A stretch of 62,155 nt of DNA, filler included, from Vannella sp. (lineage: Eukaryota): assembly GCA_023345925.1 (NCBI GenBank). It is 7 parts of 7 records of this genome, joined end to end, with 100 filler letters (N's around TTAATTAATTAA, not from the genome) between each part and the next. Parts side by side here need not be neighbours in the genome. Positions count along the whole stretch, not along the records: positions 5,740 to 19,563 come from JAJQQN010000772.1; positions 19,664 to 26,148 come from JAJQQN010000329.1; 5 more parts are not named here. One strand, 5' to 3'. The number at the start of each line of letters is the position of its first letter. Positions within the stretch are counted from its first letter, which is position 1. Under the pieces are notes generated by a model, which made no database searches, was not told where the DNA came from, and worked only from the letters and a program-made list of their open reading frames with translations. Positions 13,029-24,943 of this stretch are shown here, in pieces. A program made the translations under genes and the position numbers.

Positions 13029-13138
13029 TGGGAACACATAAACGCTTGTTAAGCTTTAGTAGCGACTTAGAGCATCTATTCGTGCTCTGAGGGAACGTGG
13101 TCCCTGGCTGTATGGTACAAGGCGGAGTGGAGAGGCGC

Positions 13139-14529
13139 TTAGATGGTGGCGTGGATCATCCCTTTGGGTGCTATTGGTTCTGGCATAGGAGAGTACGATC
13201 CAGCACAGTCTCCACACTCCATCTCACTACAGCGGAAGTCTTTGCCTTGCATACGGAGGGTCTGGTGGATGTAACGCCGGAAGTTGACGGATTGGTACTC
13301 AGAACCCGTTGACTTGACGATCCACGGGTCTTCTAAGAGTGTTAAAGCAGATGGTCGTTCCTCAGGGTTCTTGGCCAAGCTAACAGAGGTCAGAGACTCC
13401 TTCTTTGACCCCTCGAGAGCTTACCATCGATTGATGAATGCGCGGAACTCGTCGCTGTAGCCTTCCTGAGGGAGGAAGACTGGCTGTTTCTCTATTCGAT
13501 CGAGTAGCTCCCAGAACTGGATGTTACTCTTGTCCTCTGTGGGATGGAGGAAAGGGAATCGACCCAACGCGCACTCCAGAAGCGTCAGACCGAAGCTCCA
13601 GATGTCTGATGTCACTGAATGGTCTCCCCCCTTGATTCTCTCAGGAGACATGTACGTGACAGTGCCTGCAAAGGTCGTGGCGATGCCGACTGTGTTCTGG
13701 AGCTTCCCACTCACCCCAAAGTCACTCATTTTGACCTCACCACGGCTATTCAGGAGGATGTTTGCTGGTTTGATGTCTCGATGAACCACGTGGAGCTCTT
13801 TGTGGATGTAAGAAAGCGCAGGGAGCAGAAGAACAGCAATTTCAGCTACGATCGGTTCTGGCACAGCCCCTCGGGTGTTCACACACTCCATGATAGTGCC
13901 GCCATCCATAAAATCTAGTACTAGATACACATCCCCATCGATATAGAAGCCTCCAAGCAAGGAGACAATCGAAGGGTGGTCGCACCTTTCCCCTCCTCGT
14001 CAGAAGAGCCTGCACGCTTCCCTTTCTCTCCTTACTGGTACAAAGTGCGTAGTTCAGTCAGAACCTTCCTTCTGATGTCCTCTTCCAAGACTAGGAGCAC
14101 CTTCTTGGGTTTGATGAGTGTGAGGAAATGATCAGAAGCAAGAAGAGTTCGTACCTTGACTGCTACGATACGATTCGTTGATATCTGACGACCCAGAGTG
14201 ACGATACCACCCGCTCCCATGCCGAGAACCTTGTCGTGGAAGATTTCGATCTCTTCTCGTGCTAAGCTCGGCTCCAGTTGCGGTGAACGCTGCGTTGACT
14301 CAATGGAGAGGCCATTACGACCAATGTGAATATCTCCTTCTGTAAAGGAACCCAAATCCGAGCTGTTCCCTCTCACTCAGTCCCTATCAACCTCACAACA
14401 CCCAAAAGAACCTTACAACTCGTAAGGCAAGTTCCTCGTCTGTGTTTGCGAGAACTGCACGCCCACCCGCAGTTGCGCAAGATGTGGGCGCTTCTTAGAT
14501 AGATCCGTGGTCCGTCGTCTCATCGACAT
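13139..14529 (-). CDS. MAP kinase kinase (STE7/MEK family), spliced
   Basis: GMGAGG, HRDIKPANIL, DFGVSG, TFAGTVTYMSPERI, SDIWSFG; basic N-terminal docking-site-like KKRPHLAQLRV. Confidence 0.9.
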
Positions 14530-14719
14530 GCCCAACACCAACCCACCAGCAAGCTCTGACCGAAAACTTTACTTCTAAGAAATCCTCCCAAAAAGGGAAA
14601 GGGCGCTTCCCTGCTGGGAAGAAGCTCCCTTCCTGAATACTTTTTGGGCACCCCATGAAAGGGACAGAATATTATTCGTGGGAAGGATTGCGCGGGAAGT
14701 TGGATTTTCCCATTTTGGA

Positions 14720-15640
14720 ATGTTCTTGTCCCACGAGGTGTGGAGGAGACAAGCGGGCTTGTGGAGTGTTGTGTTGACGTGTGAGCACGCTTCGAATGAT
14801 CTGCATTCTGAAATCAACCCGCGGTGGTGCTGGACGGAGGAGGAGCGAGCTGTGGGGCTGCCAGAGACGCATTGGGCCCTCGATATCGGTGCTCGCAGCC
14901 TCACTCTTGATCTCTTGGATGGGTTAGACAGAGTGAAGGATGAACTAGGACCCTCCCACCTCTCAACTGCAGGCGGATGCCTTGTTGCCGTCTGTGCCAG
15001 GTTCGGAAGGCTCTTGTTGGACTGTAATCGTCCTGTGGGCAGCGATACTATGTTCCGCCAGCAGTGCGATGGACACTTGGTCTCATTGAACCAGACTATC
15101 ACCCAGGAGGACGAAAGAGAGCGGAGAAAGCTGTTCTATGAGCCTTATCATGAAGCTATCGACGCTGAAGTGAAGGCTCAGCGCCCTATCATAGTGTTGT
15201 CGATTCATTCGTTCACTCCAGTGTATGAGGGCTCCATTAGAACCATGGAAGTTGGTGTCCTCTTCAACGATCGCGCGAAAGAGCTTGGAAGGAAGGTTAG
15301 AGAGGCCAGGATTAGCGAAACTGTTCTCACCCATCAAGTAGTTCACTGCAGCGCTCTGCGAGAGGGGAATCCTTGCAGTAGAGAACGAACCGTACTCAGG
15401 GATGACAAAAGGAGGGATGTTCTCCGCGGACACTCACGCGGTGGAGGTACGTTCAAGCTATCGATCACTTCCAAAGGGGTTTAACAAGGTTTACTATCGC
15501 AGGGCGCGACTCCATTCATGCTTGAAGTGCGAAACGATCTTCTCCAACACGACAACCCCCGAAGAGCCCACATCCTCCACTCCCTTCTCTCCATCATGTC
15601 TAGTGAGAGCTTTAAACACCACTTCCGGATACCCCAATGA
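14720..15640 (+). CDS. N-formylglutamate amidohydrolase family protein
   Basis: LTCEHASN, HWALDIGA, RLLLDCNR, FYEPYH, SIHSFTP, NEPYSG, LEVRNDL; introns 15296-15341 and 15447-15502 restore the frame. Confidence 0.88.
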
Positions 15641-15761
15641 AGCAGGCTCTTCTCCCTTCTGTCCAACTGCCTCATTAGTCTGTCTCTCTCTCATTTGCTG
15701 TAGGGAAGAGATGCGCCACAATGTTGCTCTGTGAGGAGGAAAGGATCATTCTTTGGGTTCC

Positions 15762-17523
15762 ATGCGCGTGGGAGTTCTCCTGTTGTGTGTGGCGGTGGCT
15801 TTGGCTGCTCCCCCTCAGTTGTGGCCTCTGCCCCAAAGTGTGCTTATGACGGATAAGGACGAGTACTTTGTGTCGCTGTCCTTTGAGTTCGTCAGTGAGA
15901 CAGGGGATCTTCCTCTTCTTGCTGCTGCCTTTGGCAGATACCTCCCTTTGCTCTTTGCGTCGGCGCCAGGCCCGAATAGCGTACGTTGGTTGATGATTCT
16001 TATCTTCTGGTTGTTCTGAGAGAGTTGTAGGAGAAGCTTATGGTTCTATCCACGCTCTCCGTCACTGTGGACGATCCTGAAGTTGATTTCATTCAGTTTG
16101 GCGTGGATGAGAGCTATGAACTCTCTGTTGGAGATGCTGGAGCTACTATCCGTGCTCCTACTGTGTTTGGTGCTATGCACGGGCTGGAGGTGAGAGACAA
16201 ACGACTAACTTCCCTCTTAACTGTTCCAGACCTTCTCCCAACTCGTTCGCAAGAGGCAGTTGCCTGGAGTAGAGATCTCAGATGCTCCTCGCTTCCCTTG
16301 GCGCGGTCTTTTGATTGACTCTTCGCGCCACTACCAAACCATGGACACGATCAAGCGTGCCATCCGCGGGATCTCTTACGATAAGATGAACGGTACGGCG
16401 TAGCACTCTCCCAGCTAGCACCTGACTATGAGAGCAGTCCTTCATTGGCATATTGTGGATGGTCAGAGCTTCCCCTTCCAGAGCGAGGTGTTCCCCGACC
16501 TCATCAAAGGCGCTTACTCCCCTGACCTGATCTACACTCCTGAGCAAGTGGACGAAGTGATTGCATATGCCAACTCCTTTGGTATTCGTGTTGTTGTTGG
16601 TACGAAGGGAGTCCTGGGAAAGGCCTTACGAGCTCACCATTCGGGAAAGAGTTCGACATGCCCTCTCATGCTGGCCCTGCGTGGGGCAAAGGCTATCCTT
16701 ACTTGACCATGAACTGCTCATGGGCCTTTACAAAGTGCCAGAACCCCGTGAACTACTACACTGATCTCTGCAGTGACTACCCAATGGACCCAACGAACGA
16801 GAAGGTTTATGACTTCCTCGACCAGTTCATTGGGGAGGTCGCTGCCCGCTTCCCTGACCAACACCTTCATTTGGGTGGTGATGAAGTCAAAACACAGTGC
16901 TGGGATACCCCAGAGATCATCGGTTGGATGGAAGAGAACGACATGAACTCCTTTGATGAACTCGAACAGTACTTCTTGACTCGGGTGCAGCAGTTTGCTG
17001 TGGCCAACAACAAGGTTTGAAATGCTGCGAATGGAACGGGGTTGGTGGACTAATGGAGGGGCAGACAATCATCAATTGGGAGGAAGTGTTTACCTCCAAC
17101 TTCACTTTGGTGCCGGGCACTATTATTGAGGTCTGGTTGGACTCTGCCACATTGAACAGCGTGGTGCGGGCAGGATATGGTGCTCTTCTTGCCTATAATT
17201 GGTATTTGGACCACCTCAATACTACTTGGGTCACCTTCTACCAGAATGAACCGGAAACAGGCATCCTGACCTCTGCTGAAGCAGAGCTCATTTATGGTGG
17301 AGAGACTTGCATGTGGGCAGAGAAAGTGGATGCTACCAACTTTGATGCGAAGGTTTGGCCTCGCAACAGCGCTGCAGCAGAGAGACTCTGGTCCGAAAAG
17401 AGTGTGACTGACATCCAATCTGCCGAGATCCGTTTGGCCTTCCACCGCTGCCGCTTGATTAGCCGTGGGATTGGCGCATCTCCGATTAACATTGGCCCGC
17501 CATGTGCCAGTTACAACCTCTAA
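15762..17523 (+). CDS. Beta-hexosaminidase (GH20), secreted/lysosomal, multi-exon
   Basis: Signal peptide, [60 protein letters not shown]. Confidence 0.95.
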
Positions 17524-17867
17524 ACGCCCCTTCCATCCTTCGAACTACAGTACCAACGAGGTTCCACACAGAATATTCTGTGAATGAACTTGGGCGAATA
17601 AGAACGCATTCTCCCTGTCCGGAGGAATTCAGAAAGACTGAAAAGTTAATCTCTCTGCAAAGGCCCTCTTCCCCTTCTCGGGGATTGCAAAGCCTCCGGA
17701 ACACCTCAGATTAGCAAATGTGGGAGGCTCTAAAGGCTGCCAATCCCGGGAACTTTCAAACTTGACTTTGGGAGATCAGGGCAAGTCCGCAAGTGCGTAA
17801 TAATGACGCAATTGCCCGCAAAAGGGAGAAGAAGACGAAGACCTTGGAGGAATCATTTCTGGTTGAG

Positions 17868-19190
17868 ATGTCGAGGTTGGTTTGGTTCCGGAACGATCTC
17901 CGAGTGAGAGACAATCAAGTGCTGACGAAGGCGTGCCAAGTGGGAGACCGAGTGATCGGAGCCTACTGCTTTGATCCTCGCCATTATGAGGAAAGTGACT
18001 TTGGGTTCAAGAAGACGGAGAAGTTCAGAGCTCGCTTCTTGTTGGAGACGATCCAGGAGTTGCGAGGCAACCTCCAGAAGATCAATGTCCCTCTCTTCCT
18101 CTTCCAACAGCGCCCTGAAGACTGTTTGCCTCAACTTATCCGGGACCAAGCGATCTCTGAGGTCTTTATGCAAGAAGAATGGACTTCGGAGGAGACCAAT
18201 GTCTTCAAAAAGCTCCAAAAGAACTGTCCAGGAACTGTATTCCATCAATTCTACGACCAATTCCTCTTCCACCCTGATGACTTGCCATTCCCGACTCTCC
18301 AGCGACTTCCTGAAGTGTTCACAACCTTCAGAAAGAAGTGTGAAGCGGCCTGCACTGTGCGGGACGAGCTTCCAGTCCCAAAGCCTCGGCCAAAAGATCA
18401 CTTCATGGAAGGGACTGGCGCCCTGCCTTCTCTTCAGGACCTTGGCTTAGAGGAGTTTGAAATGGATCCCCGCACCGCTTTCCCTTTCAAAGGAGGAGAG
18501 GACCAGGCGTGGGCACGCATTCAGGACTACTTCTTTGACTCGAAGAGACTTGCGACTTACAAACAGACTCGCAATGGCATGGTCGGGAAGGATTACAGCT
18601 CCAAGCTCTCTCCGTGGCTTGCGAATGGAAGCATATCCACACGCTCAATCTATCACCAGGTACATCGATTCGAGGACACCATCCGCAAGAACGAGGACAC
18701 TTACTGGATGATCTTTGAGCTGATTTGGAGAGACTTCTTCAAGTACATCTCTCTCAAGCATGGCAACAAGATCTTCCTTCTCGGAGGCATCTTGGACAGG
18801 GAGTATACCTGGTCTCGAGATAAGCGCACTCTTCAACAATGGTGTGAGGGACGAACCAAGTACGACCTTGTCAATGCCAACATGATTGAAATGGCCAGTA
18901 CTGGATTCATGAGCAATCGTGGGCGACAAAACGTGGCCAGCTTCTGGGCCAAGGAGCAAAAGATGGATTGGAGAATCGGTGCAGCGTACTTTGAGAGCGT
19001 TCTGATTGACTACGACGTGCACAGTAACTGGGGCAACTGGATGTATTCTGCCGGTGTTGGAAATGATCCACGAGACCGAAAGTTCAACATTCCCAAGCAG
19101 ACCAGCGACTACGACAGAGATGGCTCTTATCGAAGACTTTGGCTACAGAGTCAGACTGGACGAAACTCGACTAAAACGAATCGTCCCTAA
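17868..19190 (+). CDS. Cryptochrome DASH (photolyase family)
   Basis: VWFRNDLRVRDN, YKQTRNGMVGKDYSSKLSPWLANG, FELIWRDFF, TGFMSNRGRQNVAS, DYDVHSNWGNW, GVGNDPR; intronless. Confidence 0.93.
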   Translation: MSRLVWFRNDLRVRDNQVLTKACQVGDRVIGAYCFDPRHYEESDFGFKKTEKFRARFLLETIQELRGNLQKINVPLFLFQQRPEDCLPQLIRDQAISEVFMQEEWTSEETNVFKKLQKNCPGTVFHQFYDQFLFHPDDLPFPTLQRLPEVFTTFRKKCEAACTVRDELPVPKPRPKDHFMEGTGALPSLQDLGLEEFEMDPRTAFPFKGGEDQAWARIQDYFFDSKRLATYKQTRNGMVGKDYSSKLSPWLANGSISTRSIYHQVHRFEDTIRKNEDTYWMIFELIWRDFFKYISLKHGNKIFLLGGILDREYTWSRDKRTLQQWCEGRTKYDLVNANMIEMASTGFMSNRGRQNVASFWAKEQKMDWRIGAAYFESVLIDYDVHSNWGNWMYSAGVGNDPRDRKFNIPKQTSDYDRDGSYRRLWLQSQTGRNSTKTNRP

Positions 19191-19302
19191 AAGTGCGTGG
19201 CCTTCGTTGTCGAATCAACAGTGTCCCTCCAAAAGCCAGATAGATCTTGTCAACTAATGAAAACTACTGAAATCATTTATTCCTGCGGGCGTTCAGAGGT
19301 AA

Positions 19303-19461
19303 GAGAGAAGTCACGAGCGGCGAGGGCATGTCCCCTCTAACATCCAAAAAGTGAAAAAATGAAATCACTCCAAAAGCTTATCCTGAAGAGATGGAGGTCA
19401 TCAGGCGAGCTACGCAAACACGAGTTCTGCCCCTCTCTTCCCTTCACTCGTGGATTTTCTC
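19303..19461 (+). repeat. Dispersed element, copy B (most complete)
   Basis: Near-identical to copy A over the core; its ends agagaagtcacgagcgg and cactcgtggattttctct are imperfectly complementary. Confidence 0.95.
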
Positions 19462-19563
19462 TGAACCGCAACGGCAATCTCCCGTGCTGCTAGCCAGATA
19501 GCTCTTGCACGGCCGACATCAACGTCAGGTTGAAGATCCAGATGAGTTGGGTCGAAGTGTGGA

Positions 19564-19663
19564 NNNNNNNNNNNNNNNNNNNNNNNNNNNNNNNNNNNNN
19601 NNNNNNNTTAATTAATTAANNNNNNNNNNNNNNNNNNNNNNNNNNNNNNNNNNNNNNNNNNNN
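19564..19663. other. Artificial contig linker
   Basis: N-run with TTAATTAATTAA. Confidence 0.99.
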
Positions 19664-19857
19664 CCAAAAGCCAAAAGGTCCCTTCGAGGGAGAGGAGCGT
19701 GTGGTCGCCAAAGGGCATTCCAATGAATAAAGCACTTTGCACACTCATTATAATAAAATCAATGATTTTGAGAGTTGATAAGAAGGTTTCTTTCTCTTGA
19801 AGGGGAATCATCAAATTAGGTCCTAATCAAAAAAAGTAAATCTCACAACATCATTTT

Positions 19858-22761
19858 GTGGACAACTCACTCAGTCAGTTTATGGAGCGGCTGAGTGGGA
19901 TCAAGCGGAGGAGGGGCAGGAATAATGTTCCCAATCCCTTTGAGGATCCCTCTCACAAGCGACAGCGAGCTCAGGAGCAGGAGCGAGATAAGGTAGTGAA
20001 TGCTTTGGTCAAAATCATAGAGCACCTGCACCAGCGCCCGAACGAATTGCACGCGCGACTCGAGGAGTTGGAGAGTGGCCTCCTGAATGCCTTTGCGGAG
20101 GTGGATTACCGTCCTCAGAGTGCATCGTTCGGTTCTATTGTACTTCGAGTCAGTCAGGAGCTGCTTCACTTGGTGGAGTTGACTCCTCAAGTCTCTCTTT
20201 CCCTCTGCCACTGGATTGTGAAGCTTCTTCGTCGCATGGAAGGGCTCATTCCAGCTTCCTCTGACTTCAGTAGCGAGATCTCATTCACTCATCAACTCCA
20301 GTTGGTCATCCAGGGCCGAACCAAAGAGCATGTTAGCGCCTCTCTCGCTGCCCTTCTCTTGGACCAACTGTACGCGATACCACACACAGAGGATATCATA
20401 GTGGAAGTAGTGTCGCAAGATCTCGTGCAAGAGGAAGGGTCAGCGCCCTGGACTGTCACTCAGCTGTGGGTAAGCGGGTGGTTGATTAGTTGCTTCCCTT
20501 CTCGGCCGATCGACACCCTCTTTGAGTCTTTGAAACAGCAATTAGACTCTTCAAAGGATCCGATCCTTAGAACAGAGGAGGGAATGCTAGGTAGAGGTGT
20601 ACTGGGACATGTCCGGCTGTTGGAGTATGCTGCAATTGCCGTCCCTCGTTATTGGCGCCATTCCTTCGCTGAAGAGCAGGATATTGATGTTGGTGTTGGT
20701 ATTATCACCCTTATGGAAGAGGGCGCCAAGCTGGGAAGCTCTCATCTCCTCCAAATCGCCCGAAAGACCTCTTCTGCTCACAAGTTACTTCCCCTTCTTC
20801 TCTCAGACCATCTTCCTGCCTTTCAAAACGACACTTCTCTCCTCTTAGAGGTCCTTAAGAGTCTCCCAAGCCCTCAAATAATCCAGTTCGCGGAGAGAAT
20901 GGACATTCTCGTTGGAGAACTTATGGAGGAAGGCGGTATACCTTCCCTACAGAGCCATCTTGAGCACATGGAGAGCAGTGTTTCTCTGTTATGTGCATGG
21001 TCTGTTCCTGATGGGAACTCGGTATCAGAGCTTTCTGAGTCTCAAAATGCCTTGCAATTGTTGGCCTCTGTGTACCTTCGTGGGATCATCCTTACAAGAG
21101 GAGACGCGAAATGCATAGAGGTGCTCTTTAACATCTTCTTTCGGGGTTGTGGAGCTCCTCTCCCCCTATTTCTACAGTTGGCCACACTAGCCGACCAGTT
21201 TTATCCGAATATCTGTCCCAGACTGGCAGATAGAATCGTGAATTACCTCGCAGGATGTTCAAATAGCGACTTGACAATATCCCTCGCTAATCTTTCCTTC
21301 CTAACTAGCTCCATGAGCGAGATGAGTGATCAATCGGAGTGCATTCAGGAATCCCTGCTCCAGGAAATCAGCAAGCGGCAGCATTTCGAGGCCATTATTG
21401 GCTTCATCAATCATGAAGAGGTGGTTGTAAAGGCTCAGGCATTCAAGTTACTAGAGGGGCTTTGTCCTCGCCTTCTGAAAGACCCCATTGGCCTTTGTGT
21501 CGCCACTCAACAACTTATCGCCTCTCTCATCGCTAGTCTAAAGGAAGTCACAGATCGCTGTAGTGTGGATGACCACTCCTTTGCGCCCACTATTTGGTTC
21601 ATTCATCGAATTACAAACTTGAGTAGGTGACTTGCTGTCCTTCTTTGGGTCTTACTCACTCGGGATAGTCCGGGCAATTGCAAGAGGCAACCTTTCCATC
21701 ACTTTACAGGTTATAGACTTGATAATGGACCTCATATTCTCTGACCGTGTGAATGGCATCCTCCGAAGAAAGGTGGCTGGAATGGTCCCACCAGCAAACT
21801 ATCTATTGCAACCAGATCCCATTCTCCTCTCGAGTGTATCATCAACATCAGTCACAGCATCAAGCACGTCTCCCCCGACCAACGAAAATGGACCAAGTCA
21901 CTTGCTGGAAGGCAATCGGACTCGCCGCCTCTTCGCCAAGAACTCCCAACAAGACAAAGTCATCCCTCCTCCCAAGGTTGTTTCTCAAGCTGAGCATGAA
22001 CAGCGCAAGCGGGCTGAGTTTAGAATGGCCGAGAACCAAAGAGTGATCCTCGAACTGATATCAGGACTACTCCAAGACCACCCCCATGGCTACGGAAAGT
22101 TTGCTGACATCTTATTGACCCGTATATCCTCCTCTCTGGCCCTTCCAACAGATGAACAGTATCTCGAAGTACTTCCAAAGCGAACCGGATTTGACTTTGA
22201 CGTATTCACTCGCAAGATCTTCGTCCAGAACCCCATCTTAGTGAGTCTACTTTGTCTCCTAGCTTCTGGTAAGCTTCTTCTCTCTGTGGGATGGTGGGAG
22301 ATGGCGCATCTCACTCAAATGTAGAACCGAATGAGTTCTTGAAGTGCTTCGCGGTTGTGAAGAGTCTTCTGGCGAACATGGTGGGAGACTGGAACGTGGT
22401 TACTAACACTGGAGGGGATATGGCTCACTTGCCGATCACTATCGAGCTCCTGAAGGCTTTGGAGAAGGCACAATGGCTCCCTTCTCCACTCAAGCACTGC
22501 CACGACATCCTTCCCCTCCTTCCAAGCAAACAAGGAGGTCTTGTCCTCCTTCAGGTGTGGAGATTCATCTGCGAGAACCCTCCAACCGTAAGGGATAGTC
22601 TGGTTCGCTCCTTCGACCCCACACAGTACCAGGACGTCCTTCGCACTATCAAGAGAGTACTTCAGGCTAACATGGACAAGGTCGTACCCTTCTTCGCCAG
22701 CTTCTACGTCCCGAGCGAGGCCACTGGAGAGAAAGCGAGTTTAATGGAAACGGAGGCATAA
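19858..22761 (+). CDS. INTS5: Large helical protein, Integrator subunit 5-like (start uncertain)
   Basis: C-terminal FVQNPILVSLLCLLA..VVKSLLANMVGDW..AQWLPSPL..LLQVWRFICENPP resembles the INTS5 C-terminal region (recalled similarity); three ORFs joined by short introns. Confidence 0.6.
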
Positions 22762-22770
22762 AGTACGATT

Positions 22771-24417
22771 CTAAGCGTCAGCAGAGGCAGACAAGTCCTT
22801 GGCCTCAGCCTTGAGATCACGAGCAGAGGACTGGCGCCTTCCCTCGGTACGGGGAGTCTTGGACTTGTGCGTCTTCTTCTTCCGTGTGGTGCTCTTCTTG
22901 CGGTCTCCCGCGTTGGGATCAGGTCCTTCCATGGGGTAGTCAGCGTAGATCTTGTCTAGAAGATCTGCAGTCATGGCGTAGGCGATAGCTGGAGGTTGGA
23001 CGGAGCGGACATCGGGGATGGAGATGGACTTGAACTGGCGGCAGATGTGGTTCAGCGCCTTCTCTCGCAACTCGCGCATAGGAGCTCCTGCTTCAAAGTT
23101 GGGTAAGTACGTTACTCGGAGGATCTTCAAAGAGCCTTGGTCCGTGATGCCGTCTGAGATGGAGCTGATGCAGTCGTCGAGCATATGTTGAAGAGCGTAT
23201 TGGTTGATGGTGTGTTCCACCAGCTGGCAGGCGCCCAAGGGGTTAAAGTTGTCCTCTCCATAGTAGATGTACTCGAGGAGGTCGTTGACTGCGGTGTCGT
23301 TGAGGCCTTCCATGGTAATCTGCTTGGTCTTGGAAGTCGAGATCAACTGGAAGAGCGGTTTCGAGTGCGCTGCAACGATAGCACGGTGGAAACGAGTGCT
23401 CTCCTTGCTTTGTGGGTTGGCGAAGAGGAACTCGGCATCGCTAAAGCGGGCTTCCTCGAGGAGCTCCTTGAAATCAGCAACGATGGTGCTGGGGACCTCC
23501 TTCAGGGCTTCAGGTGTTGTATCAATCTTATTCTCTGGCTTGTAGAACTGCATAGCAATGGTGAGCTCCTGGAACAGCTCAATCCCGATGATCTCCATGC
23601 CACCCTTGTGGGCGCAGAACTGGGGCCAGTTCTGGTGGGCATAGGAAGTAGCCATCTCCTTTGTCGCTTGCATCTCCAAACGGCTGGACTCCTTCAGGAA
23701 GGTGAACACAGAGTCCACCGTCAACTTGCGGCGCAGCTCCCAATCGCAAAGGAACACCAAACGGGTGATCTCCAGGATGCGTGCCGCTCTCAGAAGGACC
23801 TGACGAGACCCACCAATGGTCAGTTATCTTTTAGGAATGCATAGGAAGCCTGAAGAGTGCCCGAGGAGACAGAAGGAGCCACGCAACTGTGAAATTACGT
23901 CCACATAGCGTCCTTCGTCCTCCTTCAGAAGGGTTCACTCCAACAGCAACAAGAGAGGTTGTGAGAGGCGAGTAGTGTTACTTACGAGGATCTCCAGAAT
24001 GGATAACGGCTCAAAGTCAAGGGTGTCGGTGTAGGTCCACTCAAGGATCTGGTTCAGTACAGGAAGAGTCAGGATGTTGCCTTTGTAGTCAATTGTAATC
24101 TACAATACGTTGATGAGTCAGCATCAGTCTGGTGGAGGAGATCCTGGTAGAAAGGGCTCTTACCAGTCCAGCGTCGCCTTTCTTCTCTTTCTTCTTCTTG
24201 ATGAGGTTGACATCCAAAAGCAAGGTAGGGCATCGCTTTTCGATGATATTCCGTAGGGAGTACACCTTCTCCTTCTCCCCTTCGAGGATCATTGTCACGT
24301 TCATGAAGGGGTGAAGTTCTGGATTAAGCAGCTTCTTGTGCTGTTGCAGGCATTCGTCTACCCACCCACGATAAGTCTACCGTCTAAACTCCTCCTCTGG
24401 TCCTCCTCACCAGACAT
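22771..24417 (-). CDS. BTB/POZ domain protein (two BTB-like regions), multi-exon
   Basis: FSDAEF..FHRAIVAAHS..LLEYIYYG; upstream NVTMIL..RNIIEKRCP..ILEWTYTDTL. Confidence 0.8.
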
Positions 24418-24943
24418 CGCAGACAGGGAAGAGAAGAAATGGACGTTGAACTTGCAACGGTCAGCCCGCCCCAAATCCTCGTTTTCCCCTTTTAAATTAT
24501 TTTAATTTTCTTCATCCATGAACCTGCTGGGCATGTCCAGAGAGTGATTCAGGCATTTGAGCGAACACGAGAAGTTGGACCAATCCGATTCTAGCACGTG
24601 GACCAATCCACTTTGAGGAAAGAACCTGTGCTGTCGCTCGTTCCATGTTGACTCCTTGTTGCCGTCTAGGAACAAGTACAGACAGTGTCTGAGACTGAAG
24701 ATCTGTTGGGACCTTCAACGGCTAAGAACCGAAGGAGGCGCAACCTGTTGCTTCCAGACCGCTTGTTCTTGTTGTCTCTGTTCTGCATACAGGAAGAGCT
24801 TGAGCTTGAGGTTGCTGAATTCGATTCAGTCACACTGGTTGCGATGAGGACTGCGATCGACCAACGAACGGTGATCAGGAAAAGTGAGCTTAAATCATGA
24901 TTATTGTGTAATCGGCGATCATTTTCATTTTGGCCTTTCTGGG

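Noticed and set aside
19390..19432. tRNA gene or tRNA-derived head in the dispersed element (gagttctgccc as a B-box)
   Set aside because: No cloverleaf and no convincing A/B boxes by eye
24577..24610. Duplicated ggaccaatcc (CCAAT boxes) between the BTB gene and RPA43
   Set aside because: Plausible ordinary promoter elements, too short to support
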